A DNA stretch of 27,998 bases from Candidatus Rokuibacteriota bacterium (GCA_016184305.1 JACPCX010000145.1:1-27998), one strand, 5' to 3'; positions 18,327 through 27,998 are shown, counted from the stretch's first letter. A program made the numbers and translations. The notes: a model not told the origin generated them from the sequence alone.

Positions 18327-19600
18327 CCGGCCTCCGGGCGGTCTGGTGTGCCCCTGAGCCGCACCAGCACCTCCACGACGCGCGTCCGCTCGACCTTCTC
18401 GACGGTGACCGCCACGGCGGGCGTCTCGGTCTTCTCCCCCTTGTGAGGGATGCGCCCGAAGAGATCGAGGACCCAGCCCCCCACCGTGTCGTACGCCTCG
18501 TTGGAGACGCTGAGCCCCGTGGCGGCGTTCAGCTCGTCGATGGGCAGCTTGCCCGAGACGCGGAAGGTGCCAGGGGCCACAGGATGGATCAGGCGCTCCT
18601 CCTCGTCGAACTCATCTCGGATCTCGCCCACCAGCTCTTCCAGGAGGTCCTCGAGGGCCACAAGGCCCGCGGTGCCGCCGTACTCGTCGACGACAATGGC
18701 CAGGTGAAGCCTCTTTGCCTGGAACTCGCGAAGCAGCGCGTCCGCCCGCTTGGACTCTGGGACGAAGTAGGGCGGGTGCAGGCGGGCACGCAGGTCGAAG
18801 TCGGCCGGGAGCCCCTGGAGGTGGGGCAGGAGATCCTTGGTGTAGAGCACTCCGACGATCTGGTCAATCGTTCCCTCGAAGACGGGGACGCGCGAGAGGA
18901 GGTTCTCCCGGAGGAGATCCAGGACTCGTTCGCGCGGCGTGGCCACGTCCAGGCAGAACATGTCCGGGCGCGGCACCATCACCTCGCGCACGAGTGTGTC
19001 CTCGAGCTCGAAGACCCGGTGGATCATCTCCCGCTCGGTGCGCTCCACGACACCCTCGCGGGTGCCCACGTCCACCATGGTCCGCAGCTCCTCCTCAGAG
19101 ATCTCGGGCCCGCCGCGCGCGCGCTCCGACCCGATCACCCGTAGCGTGAGCACCGTGAAGCTACCGAGGATCACGCGCACCGGCGCCAGCAGCACGGAGA
19201 GCCAGGCCACCGGCCGGCTCACCCACGCCGAGAACCGCTCGGGGTGCTCCACGGCAAGCGTCATGGGCAGGACCTCGCCGAAGACGCTCAGCAGGAAGAT
19301 CATGCCGACGATGGCGACGGCGAGCCCGGCCGGGCCGAAGAGCCTCTCGGCCACCGTTGCGGCCAGCGCCGAGGCGCCGATGTTGATGACGGTGATGCCC
19401 ACCAGGAGCGTCACCAGGAGATCGTGGGGCCGCTGGAGCAGGGGCGCGAGCGATGCGGCCTCCGAGCCTTGCTGCTCGGCCAGCCGCCGCAGCCGGGCGC
19501 GTCCGAGGGAGAAGAACGCCGCCTCGGCGCCGGTCAGGAGCGCCGAGAGCAGCACCAGCCCGACGAGCCCCACCAGCCCGAGGGCGGTGAGGTTATCCAC
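18323..19600 (-). CDS. HlyC/CorC (CNNM, DUF21-CBS-CBS-CorC) family membrane protein, second paralog
   Basis: GTG start at 19600 overlapping thiL end; GAEAAFFSL, FGEVLP, VREVMVPR, VVDEYGGTAGLVALEDLLEELVGEIRDEFD, YDTVGG. Confidence 0.93.
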   Translation of the reverse strand: MDNLTALGLVGLVGLVLLSALLTGAEAAFFSLGRARLRRLAEQQGSEAASLAPLLQRPHDLLVTLLVGITVINIGASALAATVAERLFGPAGLAVAIVGMIFLLSVFGEVLPMTLAVEHPERFSAWVSRPVAWLSVLLAPVRVILGSFTVLTLRVIGSERARGGPEISEEELRTMVDVGTREGVVERTEREMIHRVFELEDTLVREVMVPRPDMFCLDVATPRERVLDLLRENLLSRVPVFEGTIDQIVGVLYTKDLLPHLQGLPADFDLRARLHPPYFVPESKRADALLREFQAKRLHLAIVVDEYGGTAGLVALEDLLEELVGEIRDEFDEEERLIHPVAPGTFRVSGKLPIDELNAATGLSVSNEAYDTVGGWVLDLFGRIPHKGEKTETPAVAVTVEKVERTRVVEVLVRLRGTPDRPEAG

Positions 19601-20618
19601 TGAAGTGCTCGTAGCCGGGCCGGATCTCCACGGGCCGGCCATCGGGCTCCACCCAGATGATCCCCGTCGCGGATCCGTCGATCTCGCCGATGACGGTGAG
19701 GGCCGTGCCCGTGGCCGCTCGCAACCCCGCCGCCAGTGCACCGGCAGACGCGGGATCGCAGGTCAGGAGGAGCTCGTAGTCCTCGCCACCCGCGGCCGCC
19801 CACTCGATGGGATCCCGCCCGAGGGTGCGCGCCGCCTCCCGCGCCGCCTCAGCCACCGGGAGGCGGTCGATGCGGACGCGCGCCCCCACGCCGCTCTCGC
19901 GGCAGATGTGGCCCAGGTCGGTGGCGATGCCGTCGGAGCAGTCCATCATGGCGTGGACGCCCGCGGCCTCGCCGAGCCAGCGGCCCTCGGCCACCCGCGC
20001 CGTGGGGCGGAGGTGGGCGCGTCGGAGCTCCTCCACCGCCTCGACATCGATCCCGGCGGCGCGTACCCGCTCCATGCCCGACTCGAGCACGGCGAGTCCG
20101 GCGGCCGACCGTCCCACCGTGCCCGTGATGGCCACCACATCGCCTGGCCTGGCCGCGGAGCGCAGCCGCGGCGTGCCCGTGTGCTCGCCGAGCAGCGTGA
20201 CGCTGACGAACCAGCCTCGGGGTGACTCGGAGGTGTCACCGCCGACGATGGCGACGTTGTGGGATGCCGCCGCCTCGCGCATGCCCTCGTAGAAGGCCTC
20301 CACCTCGTCGACCTCGGTGGAGGCCGGGATGGCGAGCCCCACCAGCGCCCAGCGCGGCCTGCCGCCCATGGCGGCGATGTCCGAGAGGTTCACGGCCACG
20401 GCCTTCCAGCCGATGTCGCGTGGGGAGGCAAAGGCGCGGCGGAAGTGCACGTCCTCCACCACGAGGTCCGTCGTCGCGAGGAGCGCCGCGCCCGGGCCGA
20501 GGGCGAGCACCGCCGCGTCGTCTCCGATGCCGATGATGACGCCCGGCTCCTCCGCTCCCCCGACGGCCTCGCGGATCCGCCGGATCAATCCGAGCTCGCC
20601 TACCCGGCGGACATTCAC
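19593..20618 (-). CDS. thiL: Thiamine-monophosphate kinase
   Basis: GELGLI, GIGDDAA, VHF, GWKAVAVNLSDIAAMG, VGGDT, DCSDG, GGEDYELL motifs. Confidence 0.95.
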   Translation of the reverse strand: MNVRRVGELGLIRRIREAVGGAEEPGVIIGIGDDAAVLALGPGAALLATTDLVVEDVHFRRAFASPRDIGWKAVAVNLSDIAAMGGRPRWALVGLAIPASTEVDEVEAFYEGMREAAASHNVAIVGGDTSESPRGWFVSVTLLGEHTGTPRLRSAARPGDVVAITGTVGRSAAGLAVLESGMERVRAAGIDVEAVEELRRAHLRPTARVAEGRWLGEAAGVHAMMDCSDGIATDLGHICRESGVGARVRIDRLPVAEAAREAARTLGRDPIEWAAAGGEDYELLLTCDPASAGALAAGLRAATGTALTVIGEIDGSATGIIWVEPDGRPVEIRPGYEHFSG

Positions 20619-20668
20619 TGGATCACCCGGTCGGACGTCCGGAGACTTGGAGGGTCGGTGTCGTCCAT
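20615..20668 (-). other. 17-codon mini-ORF (MDDTDPPSLRTSDRVIQ) bridging trpG stop and thiL start
   Basis: ATG overlaps trpG stop (TGATG) and its TGA overlaps the thiL GTG (GTGA); fills the whole gap. Confidence 0.45.
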
Positions 20669-21245
20669 CACGTGCCCCGGGCGGGTGCCATCTCGAGGAA
20701 GTTCCTGAGCAACGCCTTGCCCTGGATGGTCAGGATGGACTCCGGGTGGAACTGGACGCCCTCCACCGGGTAGCGCCGGTGGCGCAGCCCCATGATCTCA
20801 CCATCCTCGGCGCGCGCGGACACCTCGAGGTCGGCGGGGAAGCGGTCGGCCAGCACCACGAGGGAGTGGTAGCGCGTCGCCTCGAAGTCCTGGGGCAGCC
20901 CCAGGAAGGTGCCGCGGCCGTCGTGGTGGATGCGGGAGGTCTTGCCGTGCATCTGCGCGCGGGCCCGCGTCACGGTGCCGCCGAAGGCCTGGCCGATGGC
21001 CTGATGGCCGAGACAGACGCCCAGGATCGGCGTGCTCGCGTGGAGCCTGCGGATGAGCGCGAGCGAGATCCCCGCGTGGTCGGGGTTGCCCGGCCCCGGG
21101 GAGATGACGATGCGCTCGGGCCCGAGCCGCTCCACGTCCTCAACGGTGAGCGCGTCGTTCCGCGCCACGTGGACGTCGGCTCCGAGTTCGCCGAGGTACT
21201 GGACGAGGTTGTAGGTGAAGGAGTCGTAGTTGTCGACGACGAGGA

Positions 21246-21249
<4 letters not shown>
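20668..21249 (-). CDS. trpG: Anthranilate synthase component II / glutamine amidotransferase (TrpG/PabA)
   Basis: GTG start overlapping trpE stop; DNYDSFTYNL, SPGPG, GVCLGHQ, RYHSL, GVQFHPES. Confidence 0.93.
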
Positions 21250-22784
<1,535 letters not shown>

Positions 22785-22795
22785 GGCCAGCGGCG

Positions 22796-23122
22796 TCAGG
22801 CCAGCGCGTCCAGCTTCTTCTTGAGATGAGCCTTCGGCACGGCGCCCACGATCTGGTCCACCACGGCGCCGCCCTTCATGAAGAGGACGGTCGGGATGGA
22901 GCGGATGCCGTACCGGGCGGCCAGGGCCGGGTTCTCGTCCACGTTGACCTTGGCGAGAGTGACCTTGCCGCTGGACTCGCTGGCCAGCTGGTCGAGGGTC
23001 GGGGCCAGCGCGCGGCACGGAGCGCACCACTCCGCCCAGAAGTCCACCATCAGGACCTCCTGGTGCTGGCTCACTTCCGCGTCGAAGGTCGCCTCGCTCA
23101 GCTGAAGCGTGCTGTCTGCCAT
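22796..23122 (-). CDS. trxA: Thioredoxin
   Basis: 108 aa from ATG 23122 after AAGGAG; VDFWAEWCAPC, KVNVDEN, IRSIPT. Confidence 0.94.
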   Translation of the reverse strand: MADSTLQLSEATFDAEVSQHQEVLMVDFWAEWCAPCRALAPTLDQLASESSGKVTLAKVNVDENPALAARYGIRSIPTVLFMKGGAVVDQIVGAVPKAHLKKKLDALA

Positions 23123-23277
23123 GGGACGTCTCTCCTTGGATGATGATGTTGCACGGCCTTGGCCAGCGGCCAGCCGACGAGGAACACGAGCAGGGCCGCG
23201 AGGAGGCTCGGGAGGAACGCGGCGACCCTGGCGACGAAGACAACTCCGGGCTCGAGGACGGCAGGCGAGCGTTCCAT
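23098..23277 (-). pseudogene. 59-aa ORF with one MscS/CmpX-type conserved TM helix (gene remnant or small membrane protein)
   Basis: Manual translation MERSPAVLEPGVVFVARVAAFLPSLLAALLVFLVGWPLAKAVQHHHPRRDVPWQTARFS*; not in ORF track. Confidence 0.55.
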
Positions 23278-23291
23278 AAAATCGCAGACCT

Positions 23292-23320
23292 ACTCTAATA
23301 CACAGCGTCGAGCCCCGCAA
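23292..23320 (-). promoter_or_regulatory. Sigma70-type promoter upstream of the small ORF-trxA-trpEG-thiL-corC run
   Basis: TTGCGG (23320-23315), 17-bp spacer, TAGAGT (23297-23292) in a locally AT-rich patch. Confidence 0.6.
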
Positions 23321-23344
23321 GCACGCCTGCCTCGCGGGGAGGCG

Positions 23345-24052
23345 TCAGTGGCCGAGAAAAATCCGCTTCACGTCCGCCGAGCCGAGCAGTGCACTCGAGG
23401 GTCCCTCGAGGATGGTCCGCCCCGATTCGAGCACGTAGCCCCGGTGCGCCAGACGAAGTGCCAGCTCCACGTTCTGCTCGATGAAGACCACCGCGATGCC
23501 GCGCTCGCGGTTGATGGTGCCGATGACTTCCGCGATCTGCTCCACCACGAGCGGCGCCAGGCCGAGGAACGGCTCGTCGATCATGAGCAGCGAGGGGCGC
23601 GCCATGAGGCCTCGCGCGATGGCCACCATCTGCTGTTCGCCCCCGGAGAGCGTGTGGGCCAGCTGCCCGGCCCGCGCCCGGAGAAACGGGAAGAGCGCCT
23701 CGACGTCGGCCAGGCCGTGCTCGCGGTGGGCGCGGGCAGAGCGATTGTAGGCGCCCAGGATGAGGTTCTCCCTGACCGTGAGGTAGGGGAAGAGCCGGCG
23801 TCGCTCCAGGACATGCGCGAGCCCGAGCCCGACGATGCGGTGCGGCGGCATTCCGCCGATGGGCTGCTGCTTGAAGGTGATCTCCCCGTTCCGGGCCCGC
23901 ACCAGCCCGGACAGCGTGTTCATGAGCGTGGACTTGCCCGCGCCGTTGGGGCCGAGGATGGCCACCACCTCGCCGGCGTCCGCGCGGAAGTGCGCGTTCC
24001 AGAGGATCTGGTAGTCCCCGTACAGCACGTCGAGACCGCGAGCCTCAAGCAT
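23345..24052 (-). CDS. Branched-chain amino acid-type ABC transporter ATP-binding protein (LivF-like)
   Basis: GPNGAGKST, LSGGEQQMVAIARGLM, DEPFLGLAP, EQN; start may be GTG at 24064. Confidence 0.92.
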   Translation of the reverse strand: MLEARGLDVLYGDYQILWNAHFRADAGEVVAILGPNGAGKSTLMNTLSGLVRARNGEITFKQQPIGGMPPHRIVGLGLAHVLERRRLFPYLTVRENLILGAYNRSARAHREHGLADVEALFPFLRARAGQLAHTLSGGEQQMVAIARGLMARPSLLMIDEPFLGLAPLVVEQIAEVIGTINRERGIAVVFIEQNVELALRLAHRGYVLESGRTILEGPSSALLGSADVKRIFLGH

Positions 24053-24060
24053 GCCAGGGC

Positions 24061-24786
24061 TCACGCGCGGTGGTAGGCCTGCCCGAGGTACGCCTCGATG
24101 ACCCGCGGGTCGCGCGCCACCACCTGCGGAGGTCCCGTCGCGATGACCTCCCCCAGATGCAGTGCCACGATGCGCTGGGAGATGTCCATGATGACGCGCA
24201 TGTTGTGCTCGATCACCACGAGCGCCATGCCCTCGGCGTGCAGCCGGCGGACCAGATCCACGAGGCCGGGGATGCTTCCCTGGTCCACGCCGCCCGTGAC
24301 CTCGTCCAGGAGGAGGAGGCGCGGCCGCGTGGCGAGTGCCCGCGCCAGCTCCAGACGCTTGCGCTGGCCCGTGGAGAGGACGCGGGCATGGGCGTCTTCC
24401 TTGCCTGCGAGCCCCACCGATCCCAGCCCGCTGATGGCCCGCTCGCGCGCCTCGGCCGGATCGGCCGTCCGCTGGAAGGCGCCCACCATCACGTTCTCGA
24501 GCGCCGTCATATGGGCGAAGGGACGCAGCTTCTGGAAGGTGCGGGCAACGCCCTGGCGGCTCACCTGGTCGGGACGCATCCCCGTGACCGGCCGGCCGTC
24601 GAGCAGCACGGACCCGGCGTCGGGAGCCAGGAAACCGGTGATGAGGTCGAAGAGCGTGGACTTGCCGGCGCCATTCGGCCCGATGATGCCCACCAGCTCC
24701 CCGGGCCCGACGTCGAAGGAGACGTCCTTGTTGGCGGTGAGTCCGCCGAAGCGCTTCGTCACGCCGCGCACCTCGAGCAGGCTCAT
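24061..24786 (-). CDS. Branched-chain amino acid-type ABC transporter ATP-binding protein (LivG-like)
   Basis: KRFGGL, GPNGAGKST, GVARTFQ, LLLLDE, IEHNM, DPRVIEAYLG. Confidence 0.93.
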   Translation of the reverse strand: MSLLEVRGVTKRFGGLTANKDVSFDVGPGELVGIIGPNGAGKSTLFDLITGFLAPDAGSVLLDGRPVTGMRPDQVSRQGVARTFQKLRPFAHMTALENVMVGAFQRTADPAEARERAISGLGSVGLAGKEDAHARVLSTGQRKRLELARALATRPRLLLLDEVTGGVDQGSIPGLVDLVRRLHAEGMALVVIEHNMRVIMDISQRIVALHLGEVIATGPPQVVARDPRVIEAYLGQAYHRA

Positions 24787-25749
24787 CTATCCCGTGCGCC
24801 GGCGGCCGCGCTGGGCCAGCGCCATGATGCCGCCCGGCTGGATCACGGAGACCAGCACGATGAGCGCGCCGAAGACGAGGAGGTCGATGGCCTTGCCTGT
24901 GCCGCCGAGGTAAATCCGCGTCCCCTCGCTGAGCGGCACCAGGATGGCGGCGCCGATCACCGGCCCCCACAGCGTGCCCACGCCGCCCAGCACCGCGACG
25001 AGGCAGATCAGGATCGAGAGCGAGAGCGGCAGCACCGACTCGGGATCGATGAAGAGGATGTACTGGGCGTAGAAGCTCCCCCCCAGCGCGGTGAGCCCCG
25101 CCGAGAGCGCCATGGCGCGCTGCTTGTAGCGGGCGACGGGGATGCCGAGGCTTGCCGCGGCGTCCTGGTCCTCGCGGATGGCGCGGAAGTAGTAGCCGCT
25201 CCGCGAGCGCGTGATCCGCTGGGTGATCCAGAGCGCCAGCAGGAGAAAGCCCAGCGCGATGTAGTAGTAGGTCTGCTTGCTCTCGTGGAACTGGAAGTTG
25301 AGAAAGGAGTCGGGGCGCTTGATGGGCACGAAGAGGCCGCGGGCCCCGCCCACCCAGTCCCAGTTGATCATGAGCGTCTGGACGATCTCGCCCACGGCGA
25401 TGGTGGCGATGGCGAAGTAGTGACCGCGGAGCCGGAACACCGGGTAGCCGATCAGCTGTGAGAGCGCGACCGCCACGAGCGCCCCCGCGAGCATCCCGAT
25501 CCACGGGGTGAGCCCGAACTCCTTGACCAGCACGCTGGAGGTGTAGGCGCCCGTGCCGAAGAACACCGCGTGGCCCAGGGAGATCTGGCCGCAGTAGCCC
25601 GCCAGCAGGTTCCAGGCCTGGGCCAGCATGGCGTAGAGGAAGATCATGATCATCACGTGGCGCGGGAAGGGGAGCGTGAAGACCAGCGGGAAGGCGAGCA
25701 GCGCGCCGAGCGCCAGGAGCCCGGCTGCGAGCTTGAGCGGGCTCCGCAT
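24787..25749 (-). CDS. Branched-chain amino acid-type ABC transporter permease (LivM-like)
   Basis: ATG at 25749 overlaps upstream stop (TGATG); WNLLAGYCGQISLGHAVFFG, RLRGHYFAIAT, AIREDQDAA, LGGVGTLWGP. Confidence 0.92.
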   Translation of the reverse strand: MRSPLKLAAGLLALGALLAFPLVFTLPFPRHVMIMIFLYAMLAQAWNLLAGYCGQISLGHAVFFGTGAYTSSVLVKEFGLTPWIGMLAGALVAVALSQLIGYPVFRLRGHYFAIATIAVGEIVQTLMINWDWVGGARGLFVPIKRPDSFLNFQFHESKQTYYYIALGFLLLALWITQRITRSRSGYYFRAIREDQDAAASLGIPVARYKQRAMALSAGLTALGGSFYAQYILFIDPESVLPLSLSILICLVAVLGGVGTLWGPVIGAAILVPLSEGTRIYLGGTGKAIDLLVFGALIVLVSVIQPGGIMALAQRGRRRTG

Positions 25750-26615
25750 CAGAAGCGGCCGAAGAGGCCCTGGGGCCGCATGAGCACGACCACCAGGTAG
25801 ATGACGAAGACCGCCACGTACTTGAGCGCGGGGGCGATCAGGAGCCCCCCCAACACCTCCACGAGCCCCACGATCACCCCCGCCGCGAGGGTGCCCGGCA
25901 CGTTGCCGAAGCCGCCCAGCGCCACCGCCACGTAGGCCAGCAGCGAGAAGGTCGCGCCCACGTCGGGGAAGACGTAGAAGAAGATTGTGAGGAGGGCGCC
26001 CGCCACCCCGACGCAGGCCGCGCCGATCCCCCAGCCCAGCGCGAACATCCGCTCCGTGTGGATGCCCATCAGCGAGGCCGCCTGCTTGTCCTGGGCGGTG
26101 GCCTGCAGCGCGAGCCCCGTCTCCGTTTTCCGGATGAACCAGTAGAGGAAGCCGAAGGCCACGAGGGCCCCCAGGCTCGCCACGAGCTGCGGCATGCCGA
26201 TGAACAGTCCCCCGAGCGAGATGCGCCCCTGCACCAGCGGGTTCTTCACGAGCTGGAAATCCGCCCCCCAGAGCGCCTGGGCGGCCGAGCGCAGGAAAAC
26301 CGCCAGGCCGAAGGTGGCGAAGATCTGGGCCAGCATGGGCGCGCCGAGGATCCAGCGGATGATGCCGTGATAGGTGGCGACGCCGGCGAGGAAGAGGAGC
26401 CCCACCGTGAGGGGCAGGGAGATCAGCGGGTCGAGCCGCCACAGTGACCAGGCCCAGAAGGTGGAGAACATGGCGAGCATGAGGAACTCGCCGTGGGCGA
26501 AGTTCACGATCTCCATGAGGCCGAAGATGAGGGAGAGCCCGGCGGCAATGAGGGCGTAGATGCACCCCATGAGCAGCCCGCCGATGATTCCCTGGAGGAG
26601 CACCTCGACGGTCAT
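25749..26615 (-). CDS. Branched-chain amino acid-type ABC transporter permease (LivH-like)
   Basis: YALIAAGLSLIFG, VNFAHGEF, ALGGFGN, RPQGLFG motifs. Confidence 0.93.
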   Translation of the reverse strand: MTVEVLLQGIIGGLLMGCIYALIAAGLSLIFGLMEIVNFAHGEFLMLAMFSTFWAWSLWRLDPLISLPLTVGLLFLAGVATYHGIIRWILGAPMLAQIFATFGLAVFLRSAAQALWGADFQLVKNPLVQGRISLGGLFIGMPQLVASLGALVAFGFLYWFIRKTETGLALQATAQDKQAASLMGIHTERMFALGWGIGAACVGVAGALLTIFFYVFPDVGATFSLLAYVAVALGGFGNVPGTLAAGVIVGLVEVLGGLLIAPALKYVAVFVIYLVVVLMRPQGLFGRF

Positions 26616-26623
26616 CGGCGGCT

Positions 26624-26633
26624 ACTGTACCAT
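26624..26633. promoter_or_regulatory. Overlapping divergent -10 elements (ACTGTACCAT)
   Basis: Minus strand TGgTACAGT is 8 nt before the livH-like ATG (26615); plus strand TACCAT is 8 nt before the GTG at 26642. Confidence 0.5.
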
Positions 26634-26641
26634 GCTCCCCC

Positions 26642-26852
26642 GTGCCACTCGCCGCGCCTCTCCTCCCCGGGACGCTGATCCGGGACGCTGATGCAGCGCG
26701 ACCAGCGCTTCCACCCCTGGGACGAGGTGGACCCGGAGTACGGCCGTCTGCTCAGGCCTGCCGTGCAGGCGGGAGGGGAGGCGCTGCCCTATGCGGCCCG
26801 GGTCGAGCGCCGTGGCCTCCGCCCCGCGAGGCGCCTGCCGCTGCGGCTATAG
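26642..26852 (+). pseudogene. sfsA: SfsA (sugar fermentation stimulation protein / PD-(D/E)xK nuclease-like) remnant
   Basis: N-terminus VPLAAPLLPGTL...QRDQRF resembles SfsA PL..G.L..RYKRF; directly followed by C-terminal-like FHPWDEVDPEYGRLLRPAVQAGGEALPY...RLPLRL*; 13-nt duplication shifts the frame. Confidence 0.72.
26667..26692 (+). repeat. Perfect 13-bp tandem duplication CCGGGACGCTGAT
   Basis: Copies at 26667-26679 and 26680-26692. Confidence 0.92.
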
Positions 26853-26941
26853 GTGGAGCGAGAGCACCGGGGGCGCCTTCAACACCCGTGGGGTATCGAG
26901 GCATCGAGGTCGAGGAGGCGTGCCCCCGGCGCCCTCCGGAG

Positions 26942-27998
26942 TTACTTGCGATCCTTCCAGGTCGCCAGCGGATACGTCACGTCGGCCGCCGCCAGCTCGA
27001 AGGGGTAGATTGTCGCGTAGGCGCCCTTCTGCACCTGCTGGAGGATGGCGCGCACGCCCGTGTTCTGCCCCTTCTCGTCGAACTTGACGCCGCTCCACGG
27101 CATGATGAGCTGATCGGGCGGGATGTTCGTCGCCACCAGCGCCTTGCGGACCTCCTCGGGATTCACGCTCTTCGCGCGGTTGATGGCGTCGGCGAGCGTG
27201 ATGAAGCCCGTGAAGGCGCGGGCCGGCACGTCCGAGATGTCGCGGCCGCCCGGGTTGTCCTTCAGCTTCTTGAAGGCCTCGTTGACCTGGCGGATCATGG
27301 GTTTCTTGGAAGCCATGTCCAGCGCGAACGGGGCCCGGGTGATGTGCCCCTCGACGTCCTTGCCCATCTCGGTGACGAAGGTGGGGTCGGTCCAGCCCGC
27401 GTTCTGGGCGAGGAGGAGCTTCGGGTTGTAGTCGAGGTTCTTCGCCGTCTTGACGAAGAGGATCGCGTCCGAGGTGTACGAGGTCGGGAGGAACACGTCC
27501 GGGTTGGCCGCCTTGAGCTTGCCCACCTCGGCGTCGAGGTTGGTGGTCTTGGCGCGGTAGGCCATCTTCACCGCCACCTCGTAGCCGTACTTCTTCGCCA
27601 GCTCCTCCTGCACCTTGGCCGAGTCCACGCCGAACAGCGTGTCCTCGTGCATGATGCCGAGGGTCTTGATCTTCAGCCCGCGGCGCTTCTCGAGGTCCTT
27701 CATGAAGTCGAACATGGCCACGCTGAAGTGCCCGTCATGGGGCGAGGTGCGGAAGAACCACTTGAAGCCGCGCTCGGTGAGGCCGGGCGAGGAGGACTCG
27801 GCGTTCATGTAGGGCACGCCGTAGCGCTCGGCCACCTGGCTGGCCGTGGCGGTGACGCTGGAGAAGTAGGCGCCGAAGAGCGCATGCACCTTCTCCTGCG
27901 TGATGAGGCGCTCGGCCTCGGCCTGGCCCACGTCGGGCTTGCCCTGGTGGTCCACGATGACGAGCCGGATCTTGGCGCCGCCGAGCCCCGGCAGCCCG
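26942..27998 (-). CDS. ABC transporter substrate-binding protein (LivK/LivJ-like), 5' end outside window
   Basis: Frame open to the window edge (GLPGLGGAKIRLVIVDHQGKP...); GAYFSSVT, LTERGFKWFFRT, KLKAANPDV, VKFDEKGQN. Confidence 0.92.
   Translation of the reverse strand, partial: GLPGLGGAKIRLVIVDHQGKPDVGQAEAERLITQEKVHALFGAYFSSVTATASQVAERYGVPYMNAESSSPGLTERGFKWFFRTSPHDGHFSVAMFDFMKDLEKRRGLKIKTLGIMHEDTLFGVDSAKVQEELAKKYGYEVAVKMAYRAKTTNLDAEVGKLKAANPDVFLPTSYTSDAILFVKTAKNLDYNPKLLLAQNAGWTDPTFVTEMGKDVEGHITRAPFALDMASKKPMIRQVNEAFKKLKDNPGGRDISDVPARAFTGFITLADAINRAKSVNPEEVRKALVATNIPPDQLIMPWSGVKFDEKGQNTGVRAILQQVQKGAYATIYPFELAAADVTYPLATWKDRK

Noticed and set aside
17082..19600. Hemolysin or virulence locus
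   Set aside because: The HlyC/CorC label is historical; the domain content is that of CNNM-type Mg2+ homeostasis proteins
23322..23345. Intrinsic terminator after the livF-like gene
   Set aside because: An ACGCCT/AGGCGT stem exists but has no U-tract; too weak to call

Overview
High-GC bacterial window with two halves. (1) 1-15415, + strand: the 3' end of tuf followed by an uninterrupted S10-spc-alpha ribosomal supercluster (rpsJ through rplO, secY, adk, map, infA, rpmJ, rpsM, rpsK, rpsD, rpoA, rplQ), closed by an intrinsic terminator. rpsD is frameshifted (apparent 4-nt loss), rpoA lacks the conserved HE[FY] motif, and several r-proteins carry Lys/Ala/Pro-rich extensions. (2) 15464-27998, mostly - strand: a LIV-type ABC transporter (binding protein truncated by the window edge), thioredoxin, trpE-trpG, thiL, two tandem HlyC/CorC (CNNM) genes, a dienelactone hydrolase and a 131-aa hypothetical protein. 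I cannot support a novel multi-gene system, CRISPR array, tRNA/rRNA or mobile element here. The most interesting signals are small and mostly missed by the ORF track: (a) several 'hollowed-out' or truncated gene relics (sfsA, an EamA transporter, a 17-codon ORF coupled to both neighbours, a single MscS/CmpX-type helix ORF); (b) a 46-nt tandem repeat with a hammerhead-like core upstream of the hydrolase; (c) -10 boxes lying exactly 8 nt before start codons, including an overlapping bidirectional pair. Gene content and style are reminiscent of Methylomirabilota/Rokubacteria, but that is an unverified impression. All family calls come from motif recognition by eye; no searches were run.
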